A stretch of DNA of 62,904 nucleotides, the filler included, from Octopus bimaculoides (lineage: Eukaryota), in assembly GCF_001194135.2 (NCBI RefSeq). It is 5 parts of 5 records of this genome, joined end to end, with 100 filler letters (N's around TTAATTAATTAA, not from the genome) between each part and the next. Parts side by side here need not be neighbours in the genome. Positions count along the whole stretch, not along the records: positions 1 to 31,978 come from NC_068984.1; 4 more parts are not named here. The stretch is one strand, 5' to 3'. This document shows, one piece after another, positions 1 to 12,535 of the stretch. The translations under genes were made by a program, and so were the position numbers. Numbering within the stretch: position 1 is the stretch's first letter; each line of letters starts with the position of its first letter. The notes below the pieces were generated by a model, which had not been told where the DNA came from, did no database searches, and was given only the letters and a program-made list of their open reading frames with translations.

Positions 1-141
1 TTTATTATTATTATTATTGTTCAGTAGTTTTATTTTTATAACGTCCTTTCACTTCACTACCGAGCGCAGCTCTGTGCGCCTTGGGTATGTGCTGTGGTTT
101 GCTGTGGTGCTCTTATGTTTACTGTATTGAAAGTGTTTTGC

Positions 142-147
142 GTAGAA

Positions 148-217
<70 letters not shown>

Positions 218-226
218 GTCATTATT
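142..226. repeat. (TAT)n microsatellite
   Basis: Long near-perfect TAT run; explains the poly-Ile ORF 49..291. Confidence 0.95.
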
Positions 227-239
227 ATTTTTTTTTTTG

Positions 240-403
240 GCATTATGAATTCTGAATTGACTTCTCGATTGAATAATGAATTGCATCCCAATTGACGAAT
301 AAAGTGAATTTAGAATAACGAATTTCTATACATTTTTTTGCTTTTTTCTTCTAATATATAAGGAATAATTTCATTCCTGGGCGACGCCGGGTGCCTCTGC
401 TAG
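240..403 (+). mobile_element. Helitron-type 3' terminus (non-autonomous, 5' boundary uncertain)
   Basis: GC hairpin cctgggcgacgccggg at 376-391, then CTAG at 400-403 followed by T: the canonical Helitron 3' signature. Confidence 0.6.
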
Positions 404-1267
404 TATTTTATATTTTGCTCTATGATATGAAACAGATGCATATATGCACTTGCCCGTGTAACACAGTTTTGGGTGACGAAATTCATATCTAGGAGCCATT
501 TATTCGAGGTACTTCTCGAGCGAACGAACGAAGGTCCGAAGTGCTTTGCTTCTCCCTTAATTCTAATTTTCCATTTATTCAATCACTTTGCGAAACATGT
601 GTTGTTTATTGCCATTGTTATTATCGTTAATATCATGCAACGGATGTTCTCATCCTGCCAGGGAAAAAAAACATTTTCCAGCAGTTTTTAAATTGCTGTT
701 ATTACTTGTCGATTGCATCTCATAACAGAAAGGAGTTCTCATTAAGAAGGCATTTAAATTGTTTTAAAATAATGTTGTCGTGTTTTGTTATGAAATGATT
801 TCTATTTTTTTTGGTTGAGAACTGAATGTATTCTGTCGTGAATTTGAATTTATTTTATGTTATTTTTTTGCTCAGCATTACTATAAAAAGAATTTTCCTT
901 ATTTTTAGGTCGATATTTGTTGGTGTGGTGTTGGGTTACATGTCTTAGAGATTTTTCTTAGTTTACGAATGGAAGGAGAAAATAATTTTTCCAAGTAAAT
1001 TCAAGTCGATTTTTCTCGAAACTATAAAAACAGAACAAACAATTAAATTTCTTTCTCGTTTTGTATATGTTTCCCTGCTAAACAATATTTTTACATGTCA
1101 TTTCATTTGGTAAAATTCCATACTACTGGTGGTGCGAGACGAAGCCTGTCAAACGTAAGAATAAAAGAAAAAATATATAACTAAAACGTCACGATGACGA
1201 TGACTTAATAATAATAGTTTCAAATAACGATCCCTTAAAATGGCTGGCAATAGACTGGGAATATTAA

Positions 1268-1690
1268 GGAAGATAAGTCGATTACACCGACCCCAATGAT
1301 CAAGTGGTACTTATTTCATCAACCTCGAAAGGATGAAAGGCAAATTTCACCTGCAGAAAATTTGAACTCAGAACTTAAACACGGACAGGATGCCGCTAAG
1401 CATTTTGTCAGGTGTATTAACGATCCTGCCATTTCACTGCCTTATCATACTCAACGTCATGATCATCAACATCAATAAGAACATTGATAATCCTTTCGAC
1501 TATAGGCACAAGGCCCGAAATTTTGGGGGAGGGAACTAGTAAATTACATTGACTCCCCCCAGTGTTTCACATGTACTTAACTTATCGACACCGAATGGAT
1601 GAAAGGCCAAGTTGACCACGGTGGAGTTTGAACTCTGAACGTAAAGATGAACGAAATGCCGCTAAGCATTTTGCCAGCTCGCCGCTTTAT
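1268..1690 (-). mobile_element. Two adjacent tRNA-type SINE copies (family A)
   Basis: Reverse complement of the recurring core tgagttcaaattccgccgaggtcgactttgcctttcatcc...gataaa..aagtacca seen in more than 15 copies in this window. Confidence 0.85.
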
Positions 1691-1953
1691 TACAATCATC
1701 ATCAGTAACAACAACGACAACAACACAGGGTCCGTGCGTATCACGTCAGGTCGAAGATGGGGAGGATGGCTTTCCTTTTCAAATACTGATAGGGCACAGA
1801 AAGTGTGTCAATAGCCAGGTGGAGGAGTTATCCTCCCGGGGCTACAATCTTCAGCAGCATCCACCCTTAGAGGTTAGCCACATTTAAGTGGCAAATATAC
1901 TTCACGTTGTTGTGCAGCTACTGTTTATACCTCGTTCAGAGATTTATTATTGC

Positions 1954-2006
<53 letters not shown>

Positions 2007-2094
2007 TGTTTCAAATTTTGACACAATACTAACAATGTTATGGGTAATTGATTATGGAATTTGTAAATAAATTTCTCAGTACTCTACTGCTACT

Positions 2095-2440
2095 TTGTTT
2101 AATCGAACCTAAAGGGATGAAAGGCAAACATAGCCATTGCAAAATCTGACTTCATACTGTAAAGAGCTAGAGCAAATACGGCAAAGCATTTTCTCTCACG
2201 CCCTACGGTTGTGCTACCTTAATGTCCTAATAAGGATTTCAGATTTAAGTACACGGCCAGCAGTTTGGAGGAAAGAAGACAGGTCGTTAGCATCGCCCAA
2301 AGTACTTGACTGGTGTTTTATTTTATAGACCCTGGAGGAATGAAAGGCAAATTTTACTTCTGCGAATTTGAACTCGAAATGTAAAGAGTTAGAAGAAACA
2401 CACCAACGATTATTTTCCGATGCGTTAAAGATTCTGTCAG
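2095..2440 (-). mobile_element. Two partial family A SINE copies
   Basis: gatgaaaggcaaa...atttgaactc core present twice. Confidence 0.75.
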
Positions 2441-2819
2441 TCGGCTTTCGTAAGAAGAAGAACAACAACAACAGTAGCAGCAACAAAGAAGGAGAAAGGA
2501 CGAAAAGGGGAATGAAGGGTGTGGGGGAAGAAAACGATGAAAAGACGAAGACGAAAAGAAGGAAAAGAAGACAAAATAGAAGACGAAGAAAGCAACGAAA
2601 AGAAGAAGCGTAACAAGAAGGCTAAGAACGATGTAAGAAATATAACTTTGAGTGTGAGAAGGAGAATAATAAAAAGGGATGGAATAGCAGGCGGGCCAAA
2701 AATAATCAATGAAGACGAATGGATATCATTAATGTTTATCGAGTAAATTCTCAGTGAGAAAATAAGGAGAAAACTCAGAGATATTAATGGTGGAATACCA
2801 AAATTGGAACTGTTTCAAG

Positions 2820-2886
2820 AAAAAATGATTATGGTGTAGACATCTTTGATAATGGAAACCTTGGCGAGCGAATAATGGGAGAAAAC
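2820..2886 (+). CDS. Candidate internal exon (KNDYGVDIFDNGNLGERIMGEN), unidentified
   Basis: tgtttcaag acceptor, AAC|gtatgc donor, 67 nt open phase 2 to 0; no homology recognised. Confidence 0.25.
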
Positions 2887-3092
2887 GTATGCGATTGGAT
2901 CGATCCGAGAACTATATCTGCTTGTTTATGTTCCTGCCTTCGAGTATATGTCGAGTGCGCTGTACAAGAGGAAGTAGATATATGTTTAACTCTGCTTTTA
3001 CAACATTATGTGTCTGTAGCGTTTATTTATTTATTTATTTTATGTGTTTATTTCTTTCTTATCTGTTTCCTTCTTTCTTCTACTCCTCTAAG

Positions 3093-3167
3093 CAAGCCAT
3101 TTACAAGAACTGCGACATCCGATTCGCTTGTAATGGCAGTTCCAATATTATCAAGGATACAACACAA
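3093..3167 (+). CDS. Candidate internal exon (QAIYKNCDIRFACNGSSNIIKDTTQ), unidentified
   Basis: Long pyrimidine tract ending ctaag; in phase with 2820-2886; donor CAA|gttacc is weak. Confidence 0.25.
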
Positions 3168-3364
3168 GTTACCATTATAATTATGTACACACACACACAC
3201 ACATTTACACATCAGCACCACGACATAATATGTATGTGAAAACAGTAGCTTATCACGAAAAATACACATGGCTGTAACATATATATACATACACACACGC
3301 ATTTATGCATATATANNNNNNNNNNNNNNNNNNNNNNNNNNNNNNNNNNNNNNNNNNNNNNNNN

Positions 3365-3413
<49 letters not shown>

Positions 3414-3423
3414 AATATGCATG

Positions 3424-3458
<35 letters not shown>

Positions 3459-4489
3459 GTATGTATATAAATGTAGGTGTGTGTTTGTGTGTATATATAT
3501 ATATATGTGCGCGCACGCGCGTACGGGTATTACTGTTCGGATCCACACATGTTGGGGAAAACTATTGAATTCACGTTAAAGAATATCATAATTTAATAGA
3601 AAATAAAGTTTCATGCACTCGCTCCTCTGAGTTTGAAATAACTGTTTTTCGCATCTCTTTCCGGTATATTTTTACCTCATATTTTCATTCATGTTTATAT
3701 CTAATTCTCATATTACACTTGGTTTTCTCCTAATTGAAAAATATTTTGATACGTTCATGTATATATATATATATATATATATATATCCATGTTTACATAC
3801 TAAACTCTTCCTGTAAACATGTATTCACAACAATATAAGTTCATTTAATAGGCGCTGTTACAAAAGTGTAACAGCAATTCCAAATAGCAAGAATTTCTCT
3901 GTTAAAATATCAATAGATATATACAGTTGTATCATAATATTTGTGGTAGCCCTACTATTAAAATCTCCCTTCGCTTTCAGAATTTTCTTCAGTAATCTCA
4001 TTAATTTTCTATAATATACAACCTGTTTTATTTAGATTTCCATTTTCATAAATAAATATGTTGTATGTTATTTTGTCTCTAAATCTTTGAGACAATATAC
4101 CTGTTTACTGTGCATACATCAGAAACTCGCACATAATCTTCTGGTAGTGATCCAAAGTAAGAACTCCTATGAATCTAAATCCTTTTAGATGCAGAAATCA
4201 CGTGAACTATAGTCTCAAAACAAAAATAATCTCATTTTTCTTCGTTGGCGTTGGTAGATGAAGACACACTTCCATCATATTCTTCGACAATCTTCTATAT
4301 TGGTGGTAGGACGGAGACAGTAATTATGAGTGATGTGGTCCCATCAGATCGAAGATCTAAATCTTGCTCAAAACCATGAATGTCCAGATGGTGGTTTATA
4401 CCGAAAGCCAGATTAAGTCTCGTAACGAGAAACACATAGAATCTATTATGTGGGCTTCCGAATATTTTCGGTTTCTTCAATATTTCTCA

Positions 4490-4715
4490 CCAGACTAAGG
4501 CTGCGAGCTGGCAGAATCTTTAACACGGGGGGCAAAATGCTTAGCAGTATTTCATCCGTTTTCCGTGCTGCGTTCAAATTCCACCGAGGTCGACCTTGCT
4601 TTTCATCTTTTCGGGGTCGGTAAAATAAGTGCTACTTAACATTCGGGTCGATGTAACCGACTTACACCCGAGATTGCTAGCGTTATGTCAAACTTTGAAA
4701 CTATTATTATTTACT
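4490..4715 (+). mobile_element. Family A SINE
   Basis: gcgagctggcagaat head, gttcaaattcc B-box-like motif, family core. Confidence 0.85.
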
Positions 4716-5953
4716 ACACCTTGGTCGACTTCAGATTAAGGTAGAAGAATCATATCCAAGAGGGATCGAATCTGGAGCCAGTTCAGTTATACCTTCATTA
4801 CTTTTTGAATTATGGGCGTTCATTTGATAATACAGGTAAATGTAGGAATATATATATAGGTAAATGTAGTAATAAGTTTGCTGAGATATGGGACATCAAC
4901 ATCACATATTAAATCAATCTTTATATTTTGATCGTTGGTTGTACTCTTCGTATCCAAGTGTCTAAAGAAAACTGTTTTTTATCAAACAAGTCCTATCTAT
5001 AATTATAAAAGTTTTGAATGAAATTCATATATGTTAACAATTGACGAGGAAATTGTTATATGCCATGGTTATATTATAAACAAACGAACTGTCCTCCCAT
5101 CGTCTGCTGTAAAAGTATTGCTTTCAATTATTCCTTCATTAGAGAAAAGAAGTGAAATACAAATGCACCGTTTTTAACCGGCCGTAATATATCTCGATTA
5201 TTTATATTGTCAACCCAGAAACGGTGGAACGTAATATCGACTCACTTGGGATTTGAACTTATAACGTAACCGAGTTGAATTATACGCTACAAAGATTCTA
5301 ATAAATGAATTTTAATAATAAAGAAGACCACGTAAATATTTGAACAGATGGAAATTTACAAACCAGTAGAAGAAAAAATATTTTCTTTATTTGAATACAA
5401 GTGATTCAACGCCCCTTTGATTAAGCGTAAAGAATTTTCATGGAGAAATTGAGATTATTCTAAACCAACAATGAACAGGAAAATGCACGAACTGATTGTT
5501 ATTACGGGAGAAAAAGCAAATTATTCGAAATAGTGTGACTATGGTTCGTCTTAATTCGAATTGAATCTTACTGCACTGGAATTAATATCTGTCTGGGAAT
5601 TGTTGTCGATACTTCTAACTTTGTCACCCTTTCTCTTTAAAGATTGTGGTGGTGGTTGTAGTCGTCGGGAACTGTGAGGCAGGTTTATTTTAAGAACTGT
5701 TATATTATCTTCCTACTTTCTACGTATGCAACGCTTTAGCGTATGCAACGAAATGGAAAACATTTTATTATGCACACAACATTTATATATTTCTTAAGAC
5801 AATTAACTGATAATCTATGGAACAAACTCGAAGACATCTTTTATACATAAAACATTGATATTATTTACATAATTCATAAAATAATTAACTGATGTTTTTT
5901 TTAATTAAGTATAGTATATTTATTATTAGTATATATTTTTTCAAAGTCTACAG

Positions 5954-5989
5954 CTGATTGGAGCAGCTATTATGCCATATATTAGTCCA
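5954..5989 (+). CDS. Candidate internal exon (LIGAAIMPYISP)
   Basis: ctacag acceptor, CCA|gtgaga donor, 36 nt, only phase 0 open. Confidence 0.25.
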
Positions 5990-6079
5990 GTGAGATTCTA
6001 TGTTCCAGTCCATCCATGCGCATTCTCCTTTCATATTAATTTAAGGAGAAGTAACCGTATAAATAATTTTTAAAACTTT

Positions 6080-6330
6080 AGCAATGCAGGCGTGGTAAAT
6101 ATTGATTTCCGATTTGGAACAAAACCAGGAATTTCAGGGGAAGGATTAGATTAAGTCGTTTACATTGACTCCTGTGCTCAACTGGTACTTCTCTTATCGA
6201 CTTCGGAAGGATGAAAGGCAAAGTCAACCTACGCGGAATTTGAACTCAAAACGTAATGAAGGACGATATGTGGCTAAGCATTTTGTCTGGCTTGCTAAAA
6301 ATTCTGACAGCTAGCTGCCTTAAACCCGTG
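6080..6330 (-). mobile_element. Family A SINE
   Basis: Family core ggatgaaaggcaaagtcaacctacgcggaatttgaactc. Confidence 0.85.
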
Positions 6331-6929
6331 GTAAATATTAATTTCAAATTTTGGCACGAGGAAATAAACAGAGAGAGAATTAAAAAAAAAAATACTTGTA
6401 GATTTAGCTGTCGCTTCCTGTATATATATATATATGTTTATTTGTATATATTCCTATGCGTGTATATATATATGAATAAATATTCCTATATGCATATATA
6501 TATAGGGATACATTAAGAAATGGAGTCAGACGCATGGTGTTATTCAAATCATTTATACTTCCAGCATATATGTTTCGATAAAAGTATTGAGATTATTCCG
6601 TAGTGAATAAAAATGATGTAAAACAATGCAATCATCTCGTCAGGGAAAAAAGAGTGAGAAGACACATCAATAAGCCATTTCAACCAAATGTGATTACCAC
6701 GTATATGATGAGGGGGAACGCTAGCAAGTTATTAAAAAAAAAACTTCATAGATTTAACGTTAAAGGTAATTTACAGAAAGAGAAAGAGGAGGAAGAAAGA
6801 AATTAAAATACAATTAAGAGCGGGAAAATATGTGTGATAGATGAATGGGAATAAAATTTTAAATTGTGGAAATAGATATATGTTGTGGAAATGAATTATA
6901 AGAAGACAGTTAATGGTCGAATTTTATAG

Positions 6930-8960
6930 ATTGCTAGAAATTACTTATAGGAAATAAAGGTATGCTTTTGCCAACGTTTACAACGATAAACGCGTTCTTT
7001 AAAGTATTTACAAGAGTTTTCTCCGAGAAAAGGATGAGGAATTGCTCTTCGTTACAGAGTAGACAAATGATTTACCTGTGTCTTATGGGAAGTATCTACA
7101 TAGAATTTTCCATTCCAAATCGAATTGTTTATTATGTTCCTTTAGACACCAAATTAATTTACTAAGCCCAGCATTGTTGCGTTTATTGCTATGTATAAAT
7201 GTAGAGTAATGGTTAGATATTCTTTTCGACAACTGAGACCATGAGTTACCAAAATAAAAAGAAAAACAAAGAAAAAACAGAGTTTCTAGTTTTAGAATTA
7301 CTGACAAGGAAACGTATACGATTCGAATTTATATGAGAAATATTAATATTGTTGTTTTTGGTTAAAGAATGGTTAGCGTTAATAATATCACTGTTATTAT
7401 TTTCATTAAGTGGATTTGTATTTAGCAAGAAATGGTTTGTGAAAGGATTTCGGTGTTTGAAAAACCTATCCTAATTCGGTGTGAATTTATAATGGAATGG
7501 TATCTGGAATTTTTTTGAAAATTCTTATCTATACCTTTACGAAACTGATAAGAGAGATTGGATTTTATGTGCTTATCATATGGAATGATCAGTCAAACTG
7601 TTTTATTAGGACACACCTCGTCTTAGACTTATTTTTATTACGTATAGAGATATAAAGAACGGTTTATAGCCTGCTTTAATTAAAGCAGAGTTATAAAATG
7701 CGGCTTTATCGTTGAAGATATCAACATTAGCAGATAATCTAGAAAGTCTAAGTGAAATATTTCTAAGTTCCTTGTAATAGCCGTCGGCTGATTACTGAAA
7801 GAAGTAATATATTTTAAATTAGTTGAGGGTTTATGGTATGAGAAATATGAATCATTATATAAGTAAAAGGTAATATCCAGAAAGTTGGCTTGAGTTATAT
7901 CATCATCGAAAATAATGTTTAAGCCCATGTTTCGGAAAAAATTGAGCAACCTATTTTTTGAAGCTAGAGTAGACAATCATCACGATATAGACCTCCACTG
8001 ATGTTTGGGAATTGGTCGGTCATCTCATAAAGGATATATATATATCGATCAAATCCGTCAAGTGTGCTGAGTCAGAACTTCCCATCGTGACATCAGAACT
8101 GTCAGGCATATCTTTACGGACCAATAGATTATTTTCAAATTTAATGATTGAGTTTCTGGCAGTTAACACCGCATTAATTTCATCCCGGGTGAGAGCTACT
8201 TTGCTGTGTGCAACACAGAGTGCTTTGTTGATTATAATTGGGTTAATAGCGGAATAATAACTAGAAATGTCGAACTGGATAAACTTAGTGCACTTCTTGT
8301 TATTGATAGAATTAAACCAGTCGACCACTTGGAATGAATTAGACCATAAATTAAGCTTTAATTTTTTAACTAAAGAAGGAATATATTTAGCTAAAATACT
8401 TTTGCTAAGTACGTCGACATCAGAGCTAGAATGACAAATAAGTCGTAAGGGTGGGTTATAAAAAAATTGGTTTGCGGTCTTTTAAAATAAAACGAGGTCG
8501 TTTGGGATAAAGAAATTCAGCTTTCATCTGTAAGTTATATTTCTCCATAACTTTCTTAGCCTCAAGGTTGGCTTTCCTGATAGCACTTTTACCAGTAATC
8601 CTATAATTCTTTTGTATTTCTTTCCTAAGAAATTCTAGATAGTAATCCTTGGTAAGTCTGTATATGTTTCCTGTTTTATAAGATTGAACAAGTACCCCAT
8701 CAATGTTGTGAATTTCTTTGGTGATATTGTGAAGATACCTCAGATGTTTTTTTCCTTAAGGGTGAAAGATAGAATTTCACATTCTTCACGATAGTCCAGA
8801 GATCGTCTTCAAACTGTTTCAATCTTGGGTTAGGTGGAGGTTTTATCCCTTCTTAATCGTCTCGTTCTAATTATCTCTATTTATGCATTAGTTATGTATT
8901 CTTCGAGCAGATGGTAGAGAGTAAGCAACAATGAAACATTTACGAATGCGGAGCAGTGCT
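6930..8960 (-). mobile_element. Penelope-like retroelement, decayed RT plus GIY-YIG endonuclease
   Basis: Minus-strand translations give FIQFDISSYYSAI, DVTMGSSDSA, GLYRDD (about 7975-7995) and GIY-YIG-type KRISNHYSTF..NAGLSKLIWCLK; several stops and frameshifts. Confidence 0.9.
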
Positions 8961-9601
8961 ATTGAGAGAGGATCAAGTGGGTTAGAGTTGCAAATAGTTA
9001 TACTCTGAAATCATCAATTTGTAGAACCTCCTGGTTTTGTTGCATTCTCTGCTGTTGCATGTCATTCTACCCTTTCCCAGATCTAACGTCCTGTACCCTG
9101 ATATGCATGTATATACACATGTAGATGTAAGTATGTACATAAATGTGTGTATACATGAATATATATTCTTTGTATTATTNNNNNNNNNNATATATATATA
9201 TATATATATATATATAGCAGCAGCAAATCTTTTGGGGCAGATGTACAGATGTATGATGAAATAATTTGGCCTATCGTCTCTTGAAGGAAAGGCAAACATC
9301 CCCATGTGCCTTGCCCTGGTCGATGGAAGGCACAACGTTCACACATTAGCAAGTTTTTCCTTCCAGCGTCGTTTTCTTGGGAGCAACTAATATCACACTT
9401 TTCAGTTCACCAAGTAGAATTAATTGATTTTCCTCTTACCGTTTTTGTATAGATATATCAGGCGTGAAGGTACCTGTTTTAGTAATGAATCGCTGCCATA
9501 TTATTTTTTTCCGCTGTCATTTTATTAGTGTGAAACCATTTCATAGGAAAGCACCTCTTTAAGCCTATCAACTAAGGATTTTGTTATAAATTTATTTGCA
9601 G

Positions 9602-9681
9602 GTATATGAAACCTCGTTTGGTTTGGAAACAAATAGTGGAATATTACTTTCCATCTTGATCATTCAAGATGTGCTTACCGG
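9602..9681 (+). CDS. Candidate internal exon (VYETSFGLETNSGILLSILIIQDVLTG), hydrophobic, unidentified
   Basis: tttatttgcag acceptor, CGG|gtatga donor, 80 nt, only one frame open end to end. Confidence 0.45.
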
Positions 9682-9959
9682 GTATGAAAGAATAGCATTA
9701 TTCATCTTAATATGTTTCTCATATGGTTTAGTTATTTTGTGCAAATTAACTTAATGGGTAAATTGTTTGAGGTTGCTGCGGCTAGGAAAGTCCTTGCAAA
9801 AACTTTGGCTGGACTTTTGAAGTATTCTAACACATGAAATATTTTGTGTAGTGTCCTGGAGAGTAGACGTGTCTGTTTCTGGAAGCGGATAGGTTGGTAT
9901 AAAAGCTAAAGTCTCTATCCTCAGTTCGGCTTTCTTGCCCATACGCAACTGCAGTCATG

Positions 9960-10375
9960 AATTTTGGTTAATTACAGAAATATTACGATCGCGAATCCAA
10001 ACGGCTGGAATTGGAAGTGTTCCTCCAAAGGATCCCTTAAGTAGCGTTACTCGACAGAGTGCGTAACTCGGAGATCAGGCAGTCTCACCAGTTGGAGTCA
10101 CTACATCTCCGTATTGAGACGTCACAGCAACGGTACCTCCGACATTCGATTGGAATGTCGCAGGAAAGAATCACAAGACATATTCTTCAAGGTGAGGAGG
10201 GGACCTAGGGGCAGACCAAGAACGAATTCGTTGGAGTTACATAATATCCATAGTCTCAGTTGGTCACACTTGAGAATCCAGTTGGAAATTTAAATGGCTG
10301 ATGCATCTCATAGAACCCTATGGATTGAGGATTCTACTCCACGGTACTCCCAGGAATAGTGGGCAGAGAAGAAGT
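9960..10375 (+). mobile_element. RTE-clade LINE 3' fragment, decayed
   Basis: Translation LLDRVRNSEIRQSHQLESLHLRIETSQQRYLRHSIGMSQERITRHILQ followed by a GRPR-like segment matches RTE ORF C-termini; internal stops. Confidence 0.75.
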
Positions 10376-10709
10376 ATGGTTGGATGAATAGATGTTTTGT
10401 GTAATGCTTTGCACGAAACTTTTCCATGAGAGAGTAATTACTGTGACGTCTATTCAGTTAATGAAAATAAAAATGGAACTTCAGAAGGAATCATCTTAAA
10501 TAACTTTTAACCGAACGTTTCCTAACTTTAAAGGATGAAATTTCCAAGGACAAATTAAGTTTTCCATCTCACTAAAAACAGAACAGGCGAGAGAGTGTAC
10601 TGCTCCAAAGTCTTCGTTTGATTGGTGCAAACGATACATCGAGTTGAAAATGAAAAATATCTGCTTCGTTTATGGAGGGCCATATGTTGACACATCTGCT
10701 CACTGACAA

Positions 10710-10861
10710 AGACTACTACTACTACTAATACTACCACCACCACTGCTGCTGCTTTTCCTCCTCCTCCTCCTCTTACTACTACTTCTACTACTACTACTAT
10801 TACTACTACTACTACTACTACTACTGATATATATATATATATATATATGTGCATGCACGCA

Positions 10862-10925
<64 letters not shown>
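10710..10925. repeat. Compound (CTA)/(TA)/(CA) microsatellite
   Basis: Directly visible. Confidence 0.95.
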
Positions 10926-11052
10926 TATATAACATAGTAGAGGAAGCCGCAGGAACACCAAAAGTAGCAGCAGCGGTAATGGCTATTCTAATGTGCTTGA
11001 TGGCGAATAGACCTGTCAGCACATACACGTATACGTACACATGCACACACAA

Positions 11053-11083
<31 letters not shown>

Positions 11084-12004
11084 CGTAATATACATAATTA
11101 TCTGAACGTTTTGACAAGCGACGATATGTAACAAGTCAATACCTTGACCTTTTTTTGTCGACGAAACTGTCTACTATTGTCGTTGTTGTTGTTGCTTTAT
11201 CGGCTGTTCTGCTATAGCCATTAAGTGCAGCCTTCTGAAGAAAGATAATATCGATCTGTTTTATCTATTGTGTTAGGTGTTATCGATCTTCAACTGAAAT
11301 AAGCTGATTACATTTTTGCTCCAGAATCAAACGAACGTGTGGAAATATGTGATAACGTCTGCTAAAGAAATAAAATATTATTATTATTATTATCATTATT
11401 ATTATTATTATCATCATCATCGTCGTCATCATCTTGTTTACCCCTGCACACACAATTCGCTATTATTGATTGTTGTGTTCAATTTTATTGACCACGATCC
11501 CAAGGAGCTGGTCGATTCCTGTATTCTTACCATATTAAAACTATACTTTTGAAAGAAAGAGGAGACATAAATTCAAGAAAAATTCAAAATCTAAATATAA
11601 AATCCATTACCAAAAGAATGCATTTAGGCAATAAATATAAAATTAGTAAACGTTCAGCAAGAGGTGGAAGTGGTAGTCTTTAAAGAAATGGTGAAGCGGT
11701 TGTCTCTCAGTCTCCCCCTCCTCTACTATCACAGATAAATATTTACTTCCTTTTCAGTCAGGAAAGCAAATATCGCTCCACTACATGGAAATTTGCTGAG
11801 ATGAAAAGACAAAAACAGGCAACAGTAATTGACTATAACAACAGTAATATCAGTTCTATTTGATGAACCTCATCCCTTGAGGCTCTATCATGCATTATTA
11901 TTCTGTGCATACCGCTTTCGTCCATGTCTTCGATTTCGGCGTAGCTTGCAACCCTTTTTGAAACTTGCCCATATAACATTCCCACATCGCGGTACATTCT
12001 TTTC

Positions 12005-12165
12005 TACTCTAGGCACACAGCCCGAAATTTTTTGAGAGGAAGCCAGTCGATTAGATCGACCGCAGTACGCAACTAGTACTTTATTTATCGACCTCGAAAG
12101 GATGAAAGACAAAGTCGACCTCAGCGGAATTTGAACTCAGAACGTAAAGACAGACGAAATACCAA
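12005..12165 (-). mobile_element. Family A SINE, well conserved
   Basis: ttatcgacctcgaaaggatgaaagacaaagtcgacctcagcggaatttgaactcagaacg. Confidence 0.9.
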
Positions 12166-12535
12166 TTTCTTTATTGCTTACCGGGGGCTAAACATAGAAA
12201 TGGACAGTACAACTGATGGGATCAATAATGCGGTCTACGAGAACACCAGGTTTCCTGTTCGCAAAAACTTTTGAACTCTGGGAACATTTGTCTGGCCAGC
12301 GGAGACCACACCCGTTTACCATCCAGGAGAATCCAGAGGTGCTTCAACCTCAACACATGCCTGCGCATCAGTAACCAAGGCATCCCTAAACCTCCCTTTA
12401 AAGATTTTTGACAGCAGACAGAGCGTTTCACAAGTGGCGGTCTGCCCTTCCACAAAAAGCGAAAGAGCTGTCTCTCCAACCTGATCAACCACAAATCCGG
12501 ACAGGGCATGACTGTCGGCGTGTCCCACATCTGTT
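12166..12535 (-). mobile_element. L1/Tx1-clade ORF2 fragment (post-RT region) with 3' tail
   Basis: ORF 12222..12530 LFRFLWKGRPPLVKRSVCCQ..GGLGMP is typical of the L1/Tx1 post-RT region; followed by ...ctatgtttagcccc...aataaagaaa tail. Confidence 0.85.

Noticed and set aside
5586-5690. Exon-like sequence on both strands (IVVVVVVVGNCEA plus; SRRLQPPPQSLKRKGDK minus)
   Set aside because: Built on a (GTG/CAC) run, ambiguous in strand and not in phase with neighbouring candidates.
9751-9948. CKDFPSRSNLKQFTH resembling a C2H2 finger
   Set aside because: Cys/His spacing is wrong and the match is isolated.
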